A stretch of 59,153 nt of DNA, counting the filler, from Sphacelaria rigidula (taxonomy: Eukaryota): the NCBI GenBank assembly GCA_964200075.2. It is 8 parts of 8 records of this genome, joined end to end, with 100 filler letters (N's around TTAATTAATTAA, not from the genome) between each part and the next. Parts side by side here need not be neighbours in the genome. Positions count along the whole stretch, not along the records: positions 44,444 to 51,748 come from CAXNAA020015525.1; positions 51,849 to 59,153 come from CAXNAA020015526.1; 6 more parts are not named here. One strand, 5' to 3'. Below the pieces are notes generated by a model. It saw only the letters and a program-made list of their open reading frames with translations. It was not told where the DNA came from and searched no databases. A program made the translations under genes and the position numbers. Of this stretch, positions 47,700 through 59,153 are shown piece after piece. The first letter of the stretch is position 1, and each line of letters begins with the position of its first letter.

Positions 47700-50600
47700 C
47701 GGAGAATACCGACATATATCGCATTTCCTTTCCAGCTATATTTCTATCCGGAACCGTTGTCGAAACCGTGGAGCCGTGCGAATCGTGGGCTTGACTCCTT
47801 CCGGTGGGGCGATGCAAAGCGTGCAAGACTGTGATGGCGATATTCTCTGTTTTGCGGCCAAAAACGGTGTAAAATGTCTCGACAATGGACACTACGAGCC
47901 CAGAACAAAACGAGCCGTGAGAAATTGCTTCATTATTGTTCTTTTTTTCTCTTTTCTATGCCTTTTTTGTGTCGGTTTGTTCACGGTGCATGACGCGTAC
48001 ATCGGGCTAAAATATTACGCGGTCAGCCGTGCTCGTGGTGTGCAGATTTCACCCGAACGCCTGCGCGACTTATCCGCTATTTCCTTTCTGCGGTGTTGGA
48101 TTCGTCACTGAAGGGTTGCTGACTCGCGAGCTATTGTACTGCACACTCGCCGTCGGCGATATACTGTTCTGCCCGGACAGTAGCACATGCGCAATTTGAA
48201 GTGTCATGCTCAAGAAATGAACTGAAATATCGCCGCCGCACTATGTGAACTTGGACGCATTGTTTAAAGAGGACAACATGGTGTCGACATCCCGCTACCC
48301 TCTCAGGTGTTGACTGCGGACCGAGAGCGACTGGCTACCATCAGTTGCGGAGCCAATCGAGCAAACGCATGGAGCCGCTGAAGTTCGTCTCCATGCAGGC
48401 AGATGCAGCAGCCCAAACAACCCTTGCTATACCAATGTACTCGCTGTTGACACACAGAACAAACAGGTGAGTGAGTAGGTACTACGGCCGTGCAGCCACC
48501 ACACTCTTTCCTTCACCCCTTTCCCCCCCAACGGCGTTCAACGGCGCTTCGCGCTTTGCGATTGATTGTGAGCTTGGTCCGGCGAAAACCCGGCGTGCTC
48601 CGTTCCGGCTTTGTAGGGATGCGAGGTTAATGGTCTTACGACTGTGACTTCCAAGATCATGAGTACACCCCCCCTCCACACGTTGGCTCCACTATAATCA
48701 GTAAGCCATGTATCGCCGACGCGTGTCGGAGATACCAACTGCACAATAATAGATCGGAAGTCGTTTCGGGGTGGTGAGCAACTCTGGATTCACTTATAAT
48801 CGAATAAGCCCTGAGTTACAAGCCACTTTCCTTCTCAGGGTATCGTTTCCAGGGTTCGAGTATCGGGGTTCGTCATATCCTCGCGTCGAACCCCACCATC
48901 GTGAAATATCCCTGAGGTTGTGGGCCAGATTCCCCCCCCCAAACAAAAAGTCTCAACTAAGCGAGTAGCTGAAGAATGTCATCATTATGGGACTTAGTCC
49001 ATTATAAACTGTTGTTCTGGGGTTAGTGTCTTGCCTTACCCTAGTAGTGCAACTATTGACTATCTTACTGGCCAATGGTTGGCGTTTCTTATCATGAAAA
49101 AAATGTGAGCGAGGACACACCCGCAATTTATCGACAAATGCTGTTGGTCATTGGACAAATGAAAATATATTTTTGCTCTCAATCAAAGATTTGGTCATTT
49201 CTCGCCTAAGTTCGTGTTATTTATATTGTTTGGAGATGGGACACAATGAGAAGTGCGTGAGCAACTACTTGTCTGGATACTGGTTACTGGTTCATGACTT
49301 TTGTCGGGCTCGCGTTTTCTTTCTGCGGTTCTCGATATTTGGGAAGATGGAATGCCATGCGGATGGGTAAACTCCTGATTGATTGTAATAACGAGATATC
49401 CTGCCCCACAACCGTGACGTTCAATCACACATTTCATCGATCGTGTTCTTCGTCAGACCCCGCGTTTGCCAAAAAATCATTTTGGCATCTCTACTGTGAA
49501 ACCACTACGGTGTCCCATGTTCCTCGACGCGAACTTGGTCGCCCGGAATGACCATACTCTCGCACGGTGCGCGAGGTGGTGATTGTCAGGGGATATGCGG
49601 AGCGTCGAGAGTCATCGTGGACCTTGTGGAAGGGCAGTTCGTGGAGTTCTTCCTTCACAGCCACTGTGCAACCCCTGTCAGTTTGTCTCGTATAATGACA
49701 TCACATGAGCCTAGATTTTCAACAGGGGCGTCCTTGTCGCTGGTGCTGACTACGCTACTATAGTCACGTATCTTTGCTCATAACCTCTGGGAAAATAATG
49801 CAGCCATCCCTCTCTGCATAAAATATGCAGGTATGAGTGTTTAGTACTTCTACAGACAGAAGTTTGCTCAACCTAGGTCAAGTGGCAAAAGGAAGTAGCC
49901 TCCACAGTATCGGCAACAACACGAACTCCGCAGAGGGTGCACAGTGACTGGCAAGTAGATGTAATCGATGTACGATGAAAGAAAAAAGGTCGATGGGTTT
50001 CACAGGCGCTTGTGTGCCCCAACTAAAAACAAAGCACACTCAGTCTCTTCTCAGTACAGAGAATTGATAACAAGCTGGTGGTGGTACGGAAAGAAAATGG
50101 GTAGCATGGCTCGTTCTCTACATATGCGTTGCTAAAGCGCAAATAGCGAGATGAACACCGTAATTTGGCAGTCAACGAAAGGCTGGCGATCACTGGTCAC
50201 ACATACCCTCCTGCATCGCTGGCTGTATGGATTTTATATGATTTCTACAGGAGAACTTCAACTTTTGTCTACCCATTTCTCTCTGCGTTAATGTCTCGTT
50301 TCAGTTATTACATACTACATCAATCATTTGACTCTCGCTCGGAAGCATCATGTTATGGACAAATGTTGTAAGCTTGTCGGTCCCATGTATAGACGCTGCG
50401 GAAACGCGGCTTCATGTGAACGAGAAAATGCAGCATGCGGCGACTTGACTTCAAGCGAACAGTAAATGACCCAGCACCAGTTCGTTCCATTTCAATATTA
50501 CACAGGCATCACAATGTTCCCTCATAGTCACGGTTTATCTGATTGGATCTCACCGATATGCAGCAACGGGGTAAGCGTCATCCAAGCGCGGTATCTGGCG

Positions 50601-52286
50601 AACCGGCGAATAAATCCAAGCGGACATCATAATGTATTCAGCGCAGAGTCCATTTTCTTTCTCGTATTAGTGGAATTGAAAACTCAATCAAGCGACAGCT
50701 TCGCTTTCGTCTCTCAAGAGAATATTGAACATCAAGGCTCACCCTGCTGGTTCAGTCCCAAAGAGAAATTGAACCCGACTGGATGCAAGGGGGCGTGTTT
50801 GTAACCGTCGCGAACAGACACAAAGGCCTCAATCTCTGATTGGGATGCTGAGATATTCTGTCTACTAGTGTAACGCAGGTCGCAGGTTATAGGTAGAGCA
50901 TCAATGTCGGCACGGTGCACGTGGCATGGCTCGCGGATCAAACCCGGCCGTGAGCCGTTCAGCAGCAGAAAATACGTATAGTACAAGGCGTGAATTAATA
51001 TGCATATCTACAGAAACAATCAATCATGCAACAAATATTCTTCTGCATCTGTGTACAGAACATTCTGAAGATCCATTCATACTCAACCAATACAACGACA
51101 GTGACTATACTTTGGCATTTTGAATCCATTTATCATACTGTCGACATCCTCCTATATAGAATCGATCTGGGAATAAACGCAACTACGATCAAGATGGAAA
51201 CAACAAAAACTAGATTACGATCCAGTTCATCGCTGTCAATCTCTTCATAATCCACGTTGAAGTCCTACTGTTGTTTACTGTAGTATTTTCTGTAACATTC
51301 CTCTATTTATCATAAAACAACCTGCTCAGAAACCTTAACAATGTTTTCGTGAGATTGAGAATCTACGATACGATTGAGAGGAGGGTTTCCATGGCTTTCA
51401 GCGGCTGGGTGTGTCTGCATCATTGATGGACAAAACGCTTACCTCGCACATTGGTGCAAAATCCTGCCGGCAAACCTAACAACATTTCCGTGAAATCGAG
51501 CGTTGAAAGTACGATTGGGAGTGAGGTTTTTTTTATAACATGTCTCGCTGCGCCGGTTTCGATAATGAGACGAAACGTTTACATGTGTAGCATGCTGGAA
51601 TATTCCTGCAACCCGTTGCCTGAATGGAATGGCAGAATAGTGTTGGACAATTTTGCGCGCTGGCCCACAGGTGCGCATTTGTGGAAAAATGCGCCGTTCA
51701 AGATGTCTCCAAAGTAGTGTGAGTCGTGCGGTTCGAGTAAAAGATACGNNNNNNNNNNNNNNNNNNNNNNNNNNNNNNNNNNNNNNNNNNNNTTAATTAA
51801 TTAANNNNNNNNNNNNNNNNNNNNNNNNNNNNNNNNNNNNNNNNNNNNGCCAACTTCGCGTTCCCCTCCCATACTTCTCCTGCATATTCCAGCTGTGGTA
51901 CGATCACACTTTTGGGGGGGGGGGGCTATCGTAGAAAGTGTCTTGAGTTGTCGGACTGAGCTTTATTGTCTCGGAGTCTCCGTTTCCTGGGGGCTACAAA
52001 GAGACGTGCGTGCTTCCTATGGTGGGTTGGGTGGGAATCGGTTTGGCCGATTAAGGCGTACGAGACTGTTTGTTTGTCGCGTCCAACGAGTATTATCAAC
52101 CCGCGCAGAGCGAAATCGGAAGGCCAGAAGTGGTCGAAACTAAATTTTGGCGGCAAGATTCTCATTTCTCAGATGCGGTAACAGAAAATGTACTGATTTG
52201 AGTCGAAAACGGTCGACAACCCTTCTTCGTCTCCCGAATCCCGTCCCAACCAACGCACGCCACACCCTACGTGCGCTATGCTGCAG

Positions 52287-52432
52287 ACCCCGGACCTGAT
52301 GCAGATCTCCCACGAGAGCGCGCTGGAGCAGGATATCAACATTGAGGTGGTGGGCGTCGGGCTGGCGAGCAAGGACTGGGACTTCAGGTCCTTCTCCGCC
52401 GGCACAGGCCCGAACCCCGCTGACCCGCCGAG
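52287..52432 (+). CDS. Probable internal exon, unknown protein
   Basis: CTGCAG|..AG|GTACCT boundaries and strongly GC3-rich codons: TPDLMQISHESALEQDINIEVVGVGLASKDWDFRSFSAGTGPNPADPPR. Confidence 0.6.
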
Positions 52433-55400
52433 GTACCTAACAATATTTGTTATTTTTTCTACAAACGTCGGCAGTTTACGTCCAGCCTGTGAATGAGTCG
52501 TTCTAGGGGGGACTGTTGTACATGCACCAACCCTTCCCTCACCATTCCCGCCTAATGTTTGACGCCTTTTGGGGGATAAGAACGCAGGGAGTTGGTGGTG
52601 GTGTGGGTGGGTTGCACACTGAAACCTCGGGGTGGGGGGTCGGTAGTCTAGACGCGGGACACACGCACGCGATATTTATTTCCCTCGACGGGTGAGGCTG
52701 AGGCTGGTCGATCTGCTGCTTTCTCTTTGCTGGCTAGCCGACGGCGGTTGATGGTGTTGTGTGCGGTGCACGGTGATGAAGAAAACATGCACAGAACAAG
52801 AAAAACTCGACACGTGTTGTTTTATTGTTTCTTCTTGTTTTGTTTTCCTCACATTAGCTCTCTATTCCAAAACACCCATCCATGGGAGTCCGTGGTCACA
52901 AACCGAGCACACCCGACGCCCTAGACGAAACAAGGCAACAACATGGTACGTAGGCGCCCTACGATACTAAGCTGAGCTCCGACGGGGTCTTGCGTCTCGC
53001 TGGCCCCAATTAAACAAAATAGGGTATATAGTGTACCAATGCACTCGCCGCGAACGCGATAACTACCGCGGGCTCTCTGGCTCTCTGGCTATCTCTCTCT
53101 CTCTCTCTCTCTCGCCCGCCATGTTGCGACAGCATTTGCTGATATTTGGGGCTCAGTTGCATCGTATACTCGTTCTCGCAGCGCAGCGCAGCGCGGCAGA
53201 CGCGGCGGGAAAACGGATCCACCCGAACCGGAACATACGGCCGAGATTCGTGGCCGAGAGAACCTTTTTTCGAACAAATTTTGATGCCTTTCACCATTCA
53301 CACACTTTGCTATTTTTGACGCGCCCGTCTCGCTAACAATCGGTCTTTCACATAAACGCAACGTGTAGCACTGTGACCAAGTCGTCACCTTTCTTCCTAC
53401 CACCTGCTCAATTCGTCACATACACCATTTACGGCGAAGGCATGGCGTCCGAGATCTGGACTTGACGGGTGAGTCGCTTTCCTGCTTCCCCGCGCTGAGC
53501 GACAGCTGTAGTCTGTCGGCATTTCCGCTTAGTCTGAGCCTTTGTAATGGGGGACACCGATGCACTGATGGATGCCCGGTGGATGCATGTCTTCCGCCGA
53601 ATCGCATCGAATTCCACATACGCGACGGGGCTGTTGTGTGATACAAGCGTGGTGGTCTCGGCTGTGCGCAAGACATTTCTCAAAGACAAGGATGGTCCCT
53701 TCTCGGAATCATATTCTTTAGTAGGGTATTTGCCAAAACTGCTGACTCGGGCTTAACCTTCAAGTCTGAACCAACGCCGAGGCCAGACTGCGTGTGTGTG
53801 GCTTCCGAAAGAGGTTGCCAAGGGGCAAGCGGATGGGTTGTCAAGGAGTTGAACATGTGCAGCTGGTGAGTACAAAAAATAACAATCTATATTTTTAATC
53901 AGTATGACGTCACTTTTGAGAGCCGTCCCCTCCTTGGTGTGTTGCGGCTGAACATACACGCACGCGTCGTCCCAATAATAACACCAATCGGTGAAACTGC
54001 AAGCAAGGAACTAGCATTGCTACCGTTTGGGACAGGCGTTCTTGTGTCACGCACTATTTTTAGAGGTGTGCGAGTGTTTTCTCTCGCTCGCTTCGTCGGG
54101 AGGTGTATGTCTGGGGGCTCAGACCAGCAGGACTCAAGATGGGTTTAATTATCCAAACCGGAATGGGTCGTAGCAGGTATCTTTGTCAGAAGATCGACAA
54201 TAGCCCCCAACTAGGGTTAGGGATCGCGTCCCATTTCTTCATTCACCCTTACGTGGCTACTATAATCCCCTGAGGAGTGACATTCGTAGTGAGGATCGTA
54301 TTCCGAGCCGTACTTCGTGCCAGCAAACGCTACAAATACCCCGCGCGTTGGTGCTAGTGCTGCGGTGATGTATGGATGTGATCAGGTGCCGCTGAGGTCT
54401 ACGTAGATATCATCAACTCCGTCCAATTGTGACATACCTCGAAAACTTGCGCGGGGGGCGGCGGGGGAACGACAGTTGGTTCGTCAGTGAAGTCGCTCGG
54501 GCTCTTTTTTGACGCCTTTCTACATAGTACAACTCTCCTTCCGTCTATCTCTCCAACTCTATCTTACGCTGAACCGTGGAGTATTCAAGTTTTAACGGTG
54601 CTTTCGTGGAATTGAGAGTAGAAGATACTATTGCGAGTGAAAAGCGCTAAATTAGTGAATGAAACATTTCAGTTCCGAAATGCCCCTTCACAAGGCCCAA
54701 AATGCTTTCTGTAGTGGCTTGCCACCGAGGTCCTGAATATTCCTGAGTAGGATATCGACGTGTAGCTGTGAGCTCACGCAAGTGATAGAGGCAAAAAAAG
54801 CACACACGAAATAAAAAAATGGTTAGGTTAAAGCGAGTGATCAAAGCCACTTTCAATCAGCGCTCTCCTCTCAATCTCACGAAAACGTTGTTTTCTGCAG
54901 TTTTTGCGGTGCGCATTTCTGTACTTTTTTGCACGCGTGTGGGTGCTGCCCCCGCTGAGAATGCACCTTGTTCAGCAGACACAGACTGTGCGTGGGGGGG
55001 AGATACATACAGAAATACATCGAGAGAGGCATAGAGAGGCAGAGGAGGAGAGAGAGAGCGTGCGCTACTCCTGCTGCATGGCTGGTGCTGCTGGAGAGAG
55101 CTATGTGTGCGCGTGGGTGGAAATTTCTGTAACGGGCTATGTTAAGGGTCGATCGCGGTCATTCCGTGGACACCGTCCTTCTGAGGAGGCAAGGCCGTGT
55201 AGGTTTTTTTATTTGATATGGTGAAGCTCATTGCTTGCTGGCGTGGAGGGCCCTCCTGCCATAGTTCGATTTCCACGCTTCTCACCACCCAAATTATCAA
55301 TGTGGAATTACGATCAATCGTGGGTATATCTGTATATCCCTGCCTCCTGCTGCCTCTGCGTCACTTGGCGGGCGAATATAGCTTGATGAAATTTGGGCGC

Positions 55401-55939
55401 ATCAAGACGAGTAGAAGATACGCTGCGTTCAGCACATTGTCCACACGAACACACGCGAAAATCGGTTGTGCAGTGCACACTACAACAAGGATGGGAGCTG
55501 CCACCGTTGAGCTTTTACCGTGAAGAAGGGTAAGACGTCGGTGACCTATGTGACACCCGTATGCTACACAGTTTTGTGCATGACAGTAAGTGCTACAGCA
55601 TGTGATGTCACGCGTGCGACCTTCTTGTGTAAGCTTCCACCAACACCGAAACGACGTGGAACTTTGTATAGACAATAGTGATAGAAATACACGGTGAAAT
55701 TGTTCAGAACTACAACGTGACGTCAAAAACAGCATGCGCCTGAGATACTTTATCTCGACAGTATGATACGTTCAGTAGGGGACTGGAGGGAGAGATCCGC
55801 CACCCCTTGACCACACAATGAATTTCGTGCATGACGCCTTCATGTAAGGTTTCAACTAGGGGGTGCATGAAAATATCAGAAAGAAAGGCGCATGCATGAA
55901 AAGTTAAGAATAACAGAGTAACAAAACATGAAAGTCACA

Positions 55940-56085
55940 AGACGCGGAGCACGTCTTTGCGGTGTGCCCAAAATATCAGCACAGGTTGAGGGTAGTCGGT
56001 TCTCCACAGGAGAGCCGTACCATCCGCCGCAGAGGTGGCGAAGTAGTAGCCGATGTGTCTGAACGCTACCGCCCAAACTGGTCCA
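55940..56085 (-). CDS. WD40-repeat exon resembling TFIID subunit TAF5/TAF5L (diverged; possibly pseudogene)
   Basis: TGCAG| GPVWAVAFRHIGYYFATSAADGTALLWRTDYPQPVLIFWAHRKDV parallels the TAF5 pattern PVWDVxFSPxGYYFATxSxDxTARLWxTDxxxPLRIFAGHxxDV. Donor site uncertain. Confidence 0.75.
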
Positions 56086-56567
56086 CTGCACGCGCGAGTG
56101 CAGTAAACATGGCAAGTGAATGTGCCGTTCGGTTCTTGTTCAATTCCGAGGAGGGGGGGAGAGAAGAGAGATGAGAAGAGGAGCGGCATGACTGCCACCG
56201 CCAACAACAACGCACACAGAAAATAATAACATAAAAACGCAAGGACAAAAAATAATGGAAGGAGCATCAACGACGACAAAACAAAACAATAACAACACAT
56301 TCTCGCTATTTGGCATTGCTGCCGATAATGATAAGCACCATCCTGTGGAAATGAATTGTAGAATGCTTGCGCAATACGAACGAGGTCCATCTAACATAAT
56401 TGTCTCGCATGCGCTTGGAATAAGCACAGAGTTGGTCATCAATTCATCATTATCATCATCATTCCAATTCCAATTTCACAAAGTGAAGTCGGTTTCTGCT
56501 GCGGGTAAAAAATCGACTAACTACCTGGTTTTTTTAAACTCTGTCTTTGCGTCAAGATAATTGCGAC

Positions 56568-56819
56568 GAGTCATCCTACGATAGGGGGGGGGGGGTGTTT
56601 GATTGCACGAAGAAAAAGGCTTAAAAGTGTGTCAGGCAACCTGCCACACTCGCGATGCGCTTGTATTTGGTTCATAACGGTGTCAATCGTTATAAATGGG
56701 CGTTATTTGTCTATAACAAGCTCGCTCGAGCAACCGTTGCTGATCTCAACGACGATATGCCTTGGAATTTCGTGCAAGAAGTGGCCCAAAATACCCCCCC
56801 CCCTATCGTAGGATGACTC
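56568..56819. mobile_element. 252-bp MITE with GAG..CTC ends and 4-bp TSD (Sola2-like)
   Basis: Perfect TIR GAGTCATCCTACGATAGGGGGGGGG; TSD CGAC at 56564-56567 and 56820-56823. Confidence 0.88.
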
Positions 56820-57996
56820 CGACCTGATTCTCGCGATCGGATTCTTGCGATAGTTTCTTATTCTTGCGACCTGATTCTGACGATCAGTTGCGATAGATTT
56901 TTTGCCAGATGTTCCACTTCAAAAACCCCTATCGATTTCGGTTTTCCGGGGGTAACTTCGTCAAACAGACACCAAACGCACCCTGCTCCAAGGGGCACCT
57001 GGACACACAGCAGTTGCCGGTGCCTCCCTAGTATGGTCCTCCAAATCTCAGTCTTGAGTGAGAACCCCCAGCGTTTGGTGCCCATGTACAAGGAAGGATG
57101 ATCTTTACCTACTATCGTGCTCCAAAACGTACCTGAAAAGAAGGCAACACCCCCGTACAGACAGCAGCAATGCTAGCGGATGCTACGTCCTGAGAGTCTG
57201 TGACAGTCTGGCAGCCGGCGAGGCGGTTATGTAGTGTCCTCCTAGCGATGCCAACTTACAGCGCACTGGAGTAGAGTTTGCAGGTGAATACTTCGGCGAT
57301 TGCGCCTCACCTACAGTTCGCCCAGATGTTGTGGATATTTTCTCGAGATCACCGAGTAACATTATTACATACATGTACAGGTGGAAACATACCAGACTCT
57401 CCGTCACATTATAAGTCGAGATGTACCAGACCCTGGATTATATGTGGAAATGTACCCAACCGTGGACCAACGATTTCTACAGTCAGTACGAACACGATGT
57501 TGGAAGTGTAATGCATACAGTGTGTTGTGTGTGTTGTCGTCCCATATACTCTGGACGCCCATCTCCACCTTTCGGTATATGTGGGCGCACCAGCCGCGGC
57601 TGTGTTACCATTCAGCTTCGCCCAAGATACAGGCAGTCATTACAGCGGCGGAGGCGGCGTTTCACTCCTGCGTCCGCCACCTGGGGCAAACGCACGCTGT
57701 AGCTGCAACACGGACAGCTTTATAAAATGTGACGTAGCGATACACTGTAGCGCGTGGCGTGATATCCTGCGTACACGTTTGCCGCAGATACGAGCGGGTG
57801 CATTCATGATGTGGCGAACTGCATAGGACAACGCGAAATCGATGCAGGACAGGAATAGGCTAAGGATATCACGTCCTGCGGTGTGCTTTGTCACCCTGCA
57901 CCCTACCGCTGTGCAGTGAGCAGGTAGTACCGCCGAATGCGTCACGATGCGGTTGGTACACAGTAGTGTCGGCTCCACACCCGTAGGTTAACCTCT

Positions 57997-58072
57997 GCAT
58001 TGAATTAAATAAAACGCATTGACTTAAATTACACGCATTGAATTAAATTACACGCATTGATTTAAATTACAC
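57997..58072. repeat. 19-bp minisatellite x4
   Basis: GCATTGA(A/C/T)TTAAATTACAC repeated four times; the first unit is slightly diverged. Confidence 0.95.
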
Positions 58073-59153
58073 GCACGGAGAGCGTTATTTTCGAGCAGCG
58101 CGCGCGCTAGCGTTTTCTGTGTTGACCGACATCGTGCCAGCGCGCTTGCGCACTAAAGCGCTGTACTCCCCTATGGCAGCCCGCCACGGTAGTGCTATTC
58201 ATTTTTCATCACGCTTTACTCGAAAACACGCAGAGCAGATGCCAGCGAGCCCATCGTTGTTGCACAGGATTGTAGTGAACCAATTGTTTTTCGATAGAAC
58301 CCCGGCATGCTGCGTGTTGTACCAAATAGTATACCGTACCAGTTCAAGAACGGAGATGCATTATATGTACGCCACCGACATGCTCTGGTTATCATGAACT
58401 GTGTACGAGGCGCGGGAAGCGTAGCTTTTGTCAAGGAATGCAAGGACGCAACCATACTGCAGTACAGGCAGTATGGAACACGTGATTCGAGCGAGACACA
58501 AGATGAAGCATTTACAATATAATAAATACCTGGGCGTTTTGATACTGTGACGAAATCACGCCTTCACGTTGATTAGATTATAGTGATTGTTGGATGATGA
58601 CTTGGGATCTGTAGTGATGACATGGATGATGACATGGACACAGGGATGTTACCCTGCTGTGATTTATGGAGCGTATGTGCCTGGAAGGCACTCCGGTAAT
58701 GAGAAGGTGTTGTGAAGGCTGACAACTGAGACCTTGAGACTAGTGGAACTGGGGAGTCTCTCAACAGCATTTAGACGCTGCAGTACTAGCAACCTGCTGG
58801 CGTCACAATATCGATATTAGTGCTAGTGCTAGGCGTGCTAGTTGGTGCTATCGTTTGAGATTGCTGAAAACATTTCAGTAGGGAGAGGTCTGGACAGCTT
58901 GTGATTAGCTTCGGGCAAAGAGCTTCACGGACGCGTGAGGAGGTTTCAAGCTGAGGTAGCTGCGAAGGCGGCTGGCCCGTGATTGATCCAGATTGGACTG
59001 CTGCCGAGATAGCCCCCCCCCCGAACCGGCCAAAAACATGCACGGAGGCGATGATCATAACTGCCGCTAAAGCTGGTTTCGTGCTGTACGACGCGACTGA
59101 GTTGGGCGTAATAGCTGATTTCGGACTGCTACACGCCTCTCATGTGGGCGAAC

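Noticed and set aside
49400-51300. Decayed coding-like sequence (also 6600-7308, 17570-18060, 58540-59153)
   Set aside because: Many stops in all frames and no recognisable family motif; left unannotated.

Overview
This window is eukaryotic DNA, most consistent with a brown alga or other stramenopile (inferred from roughly balanced GC, short GT-AG exons in kb-long introns and dense SINE/MITE content). It is not one locus. It is eight unrelated ~7.3-kb contigs (7308, 7308, 7307, 7307, 7307, 7306, 7305, 7305 bp; size-sorted) joined by artificial 100-bp N44-TTAATTAATTAA-N44 spacers. Host-gene pieces: four phase-compatible exons of a class-3 lipase-like gene (minus), one GST C-terminal exon, one TAF5-like WD40 exon, an MLKL/HeLo-like four-helix N-terminal ORF, and two unassigned coding segments. 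Most recognisable content is mobile DNA: a decayed intron-containing Helitron (DUF6570-like plus HUH Rep) preceded by an array of Ala/Lys-rich mini-exons, a spliced hAT transposase pseudogene, and a decayed XPG/PIN-nuclease plus Cys-cluster ORF matching the AcademX transposon architecture (the most notable item). There are also two tRNA-derived SINE families and several non-autonomous TIR elements with readable TSDs (hAT 8 bp, Sola2-like 4 bp, piggyBac-like TTAA), plus arrays of short palindromes. All family calls come from motif recognition by eye; no database searches were run.
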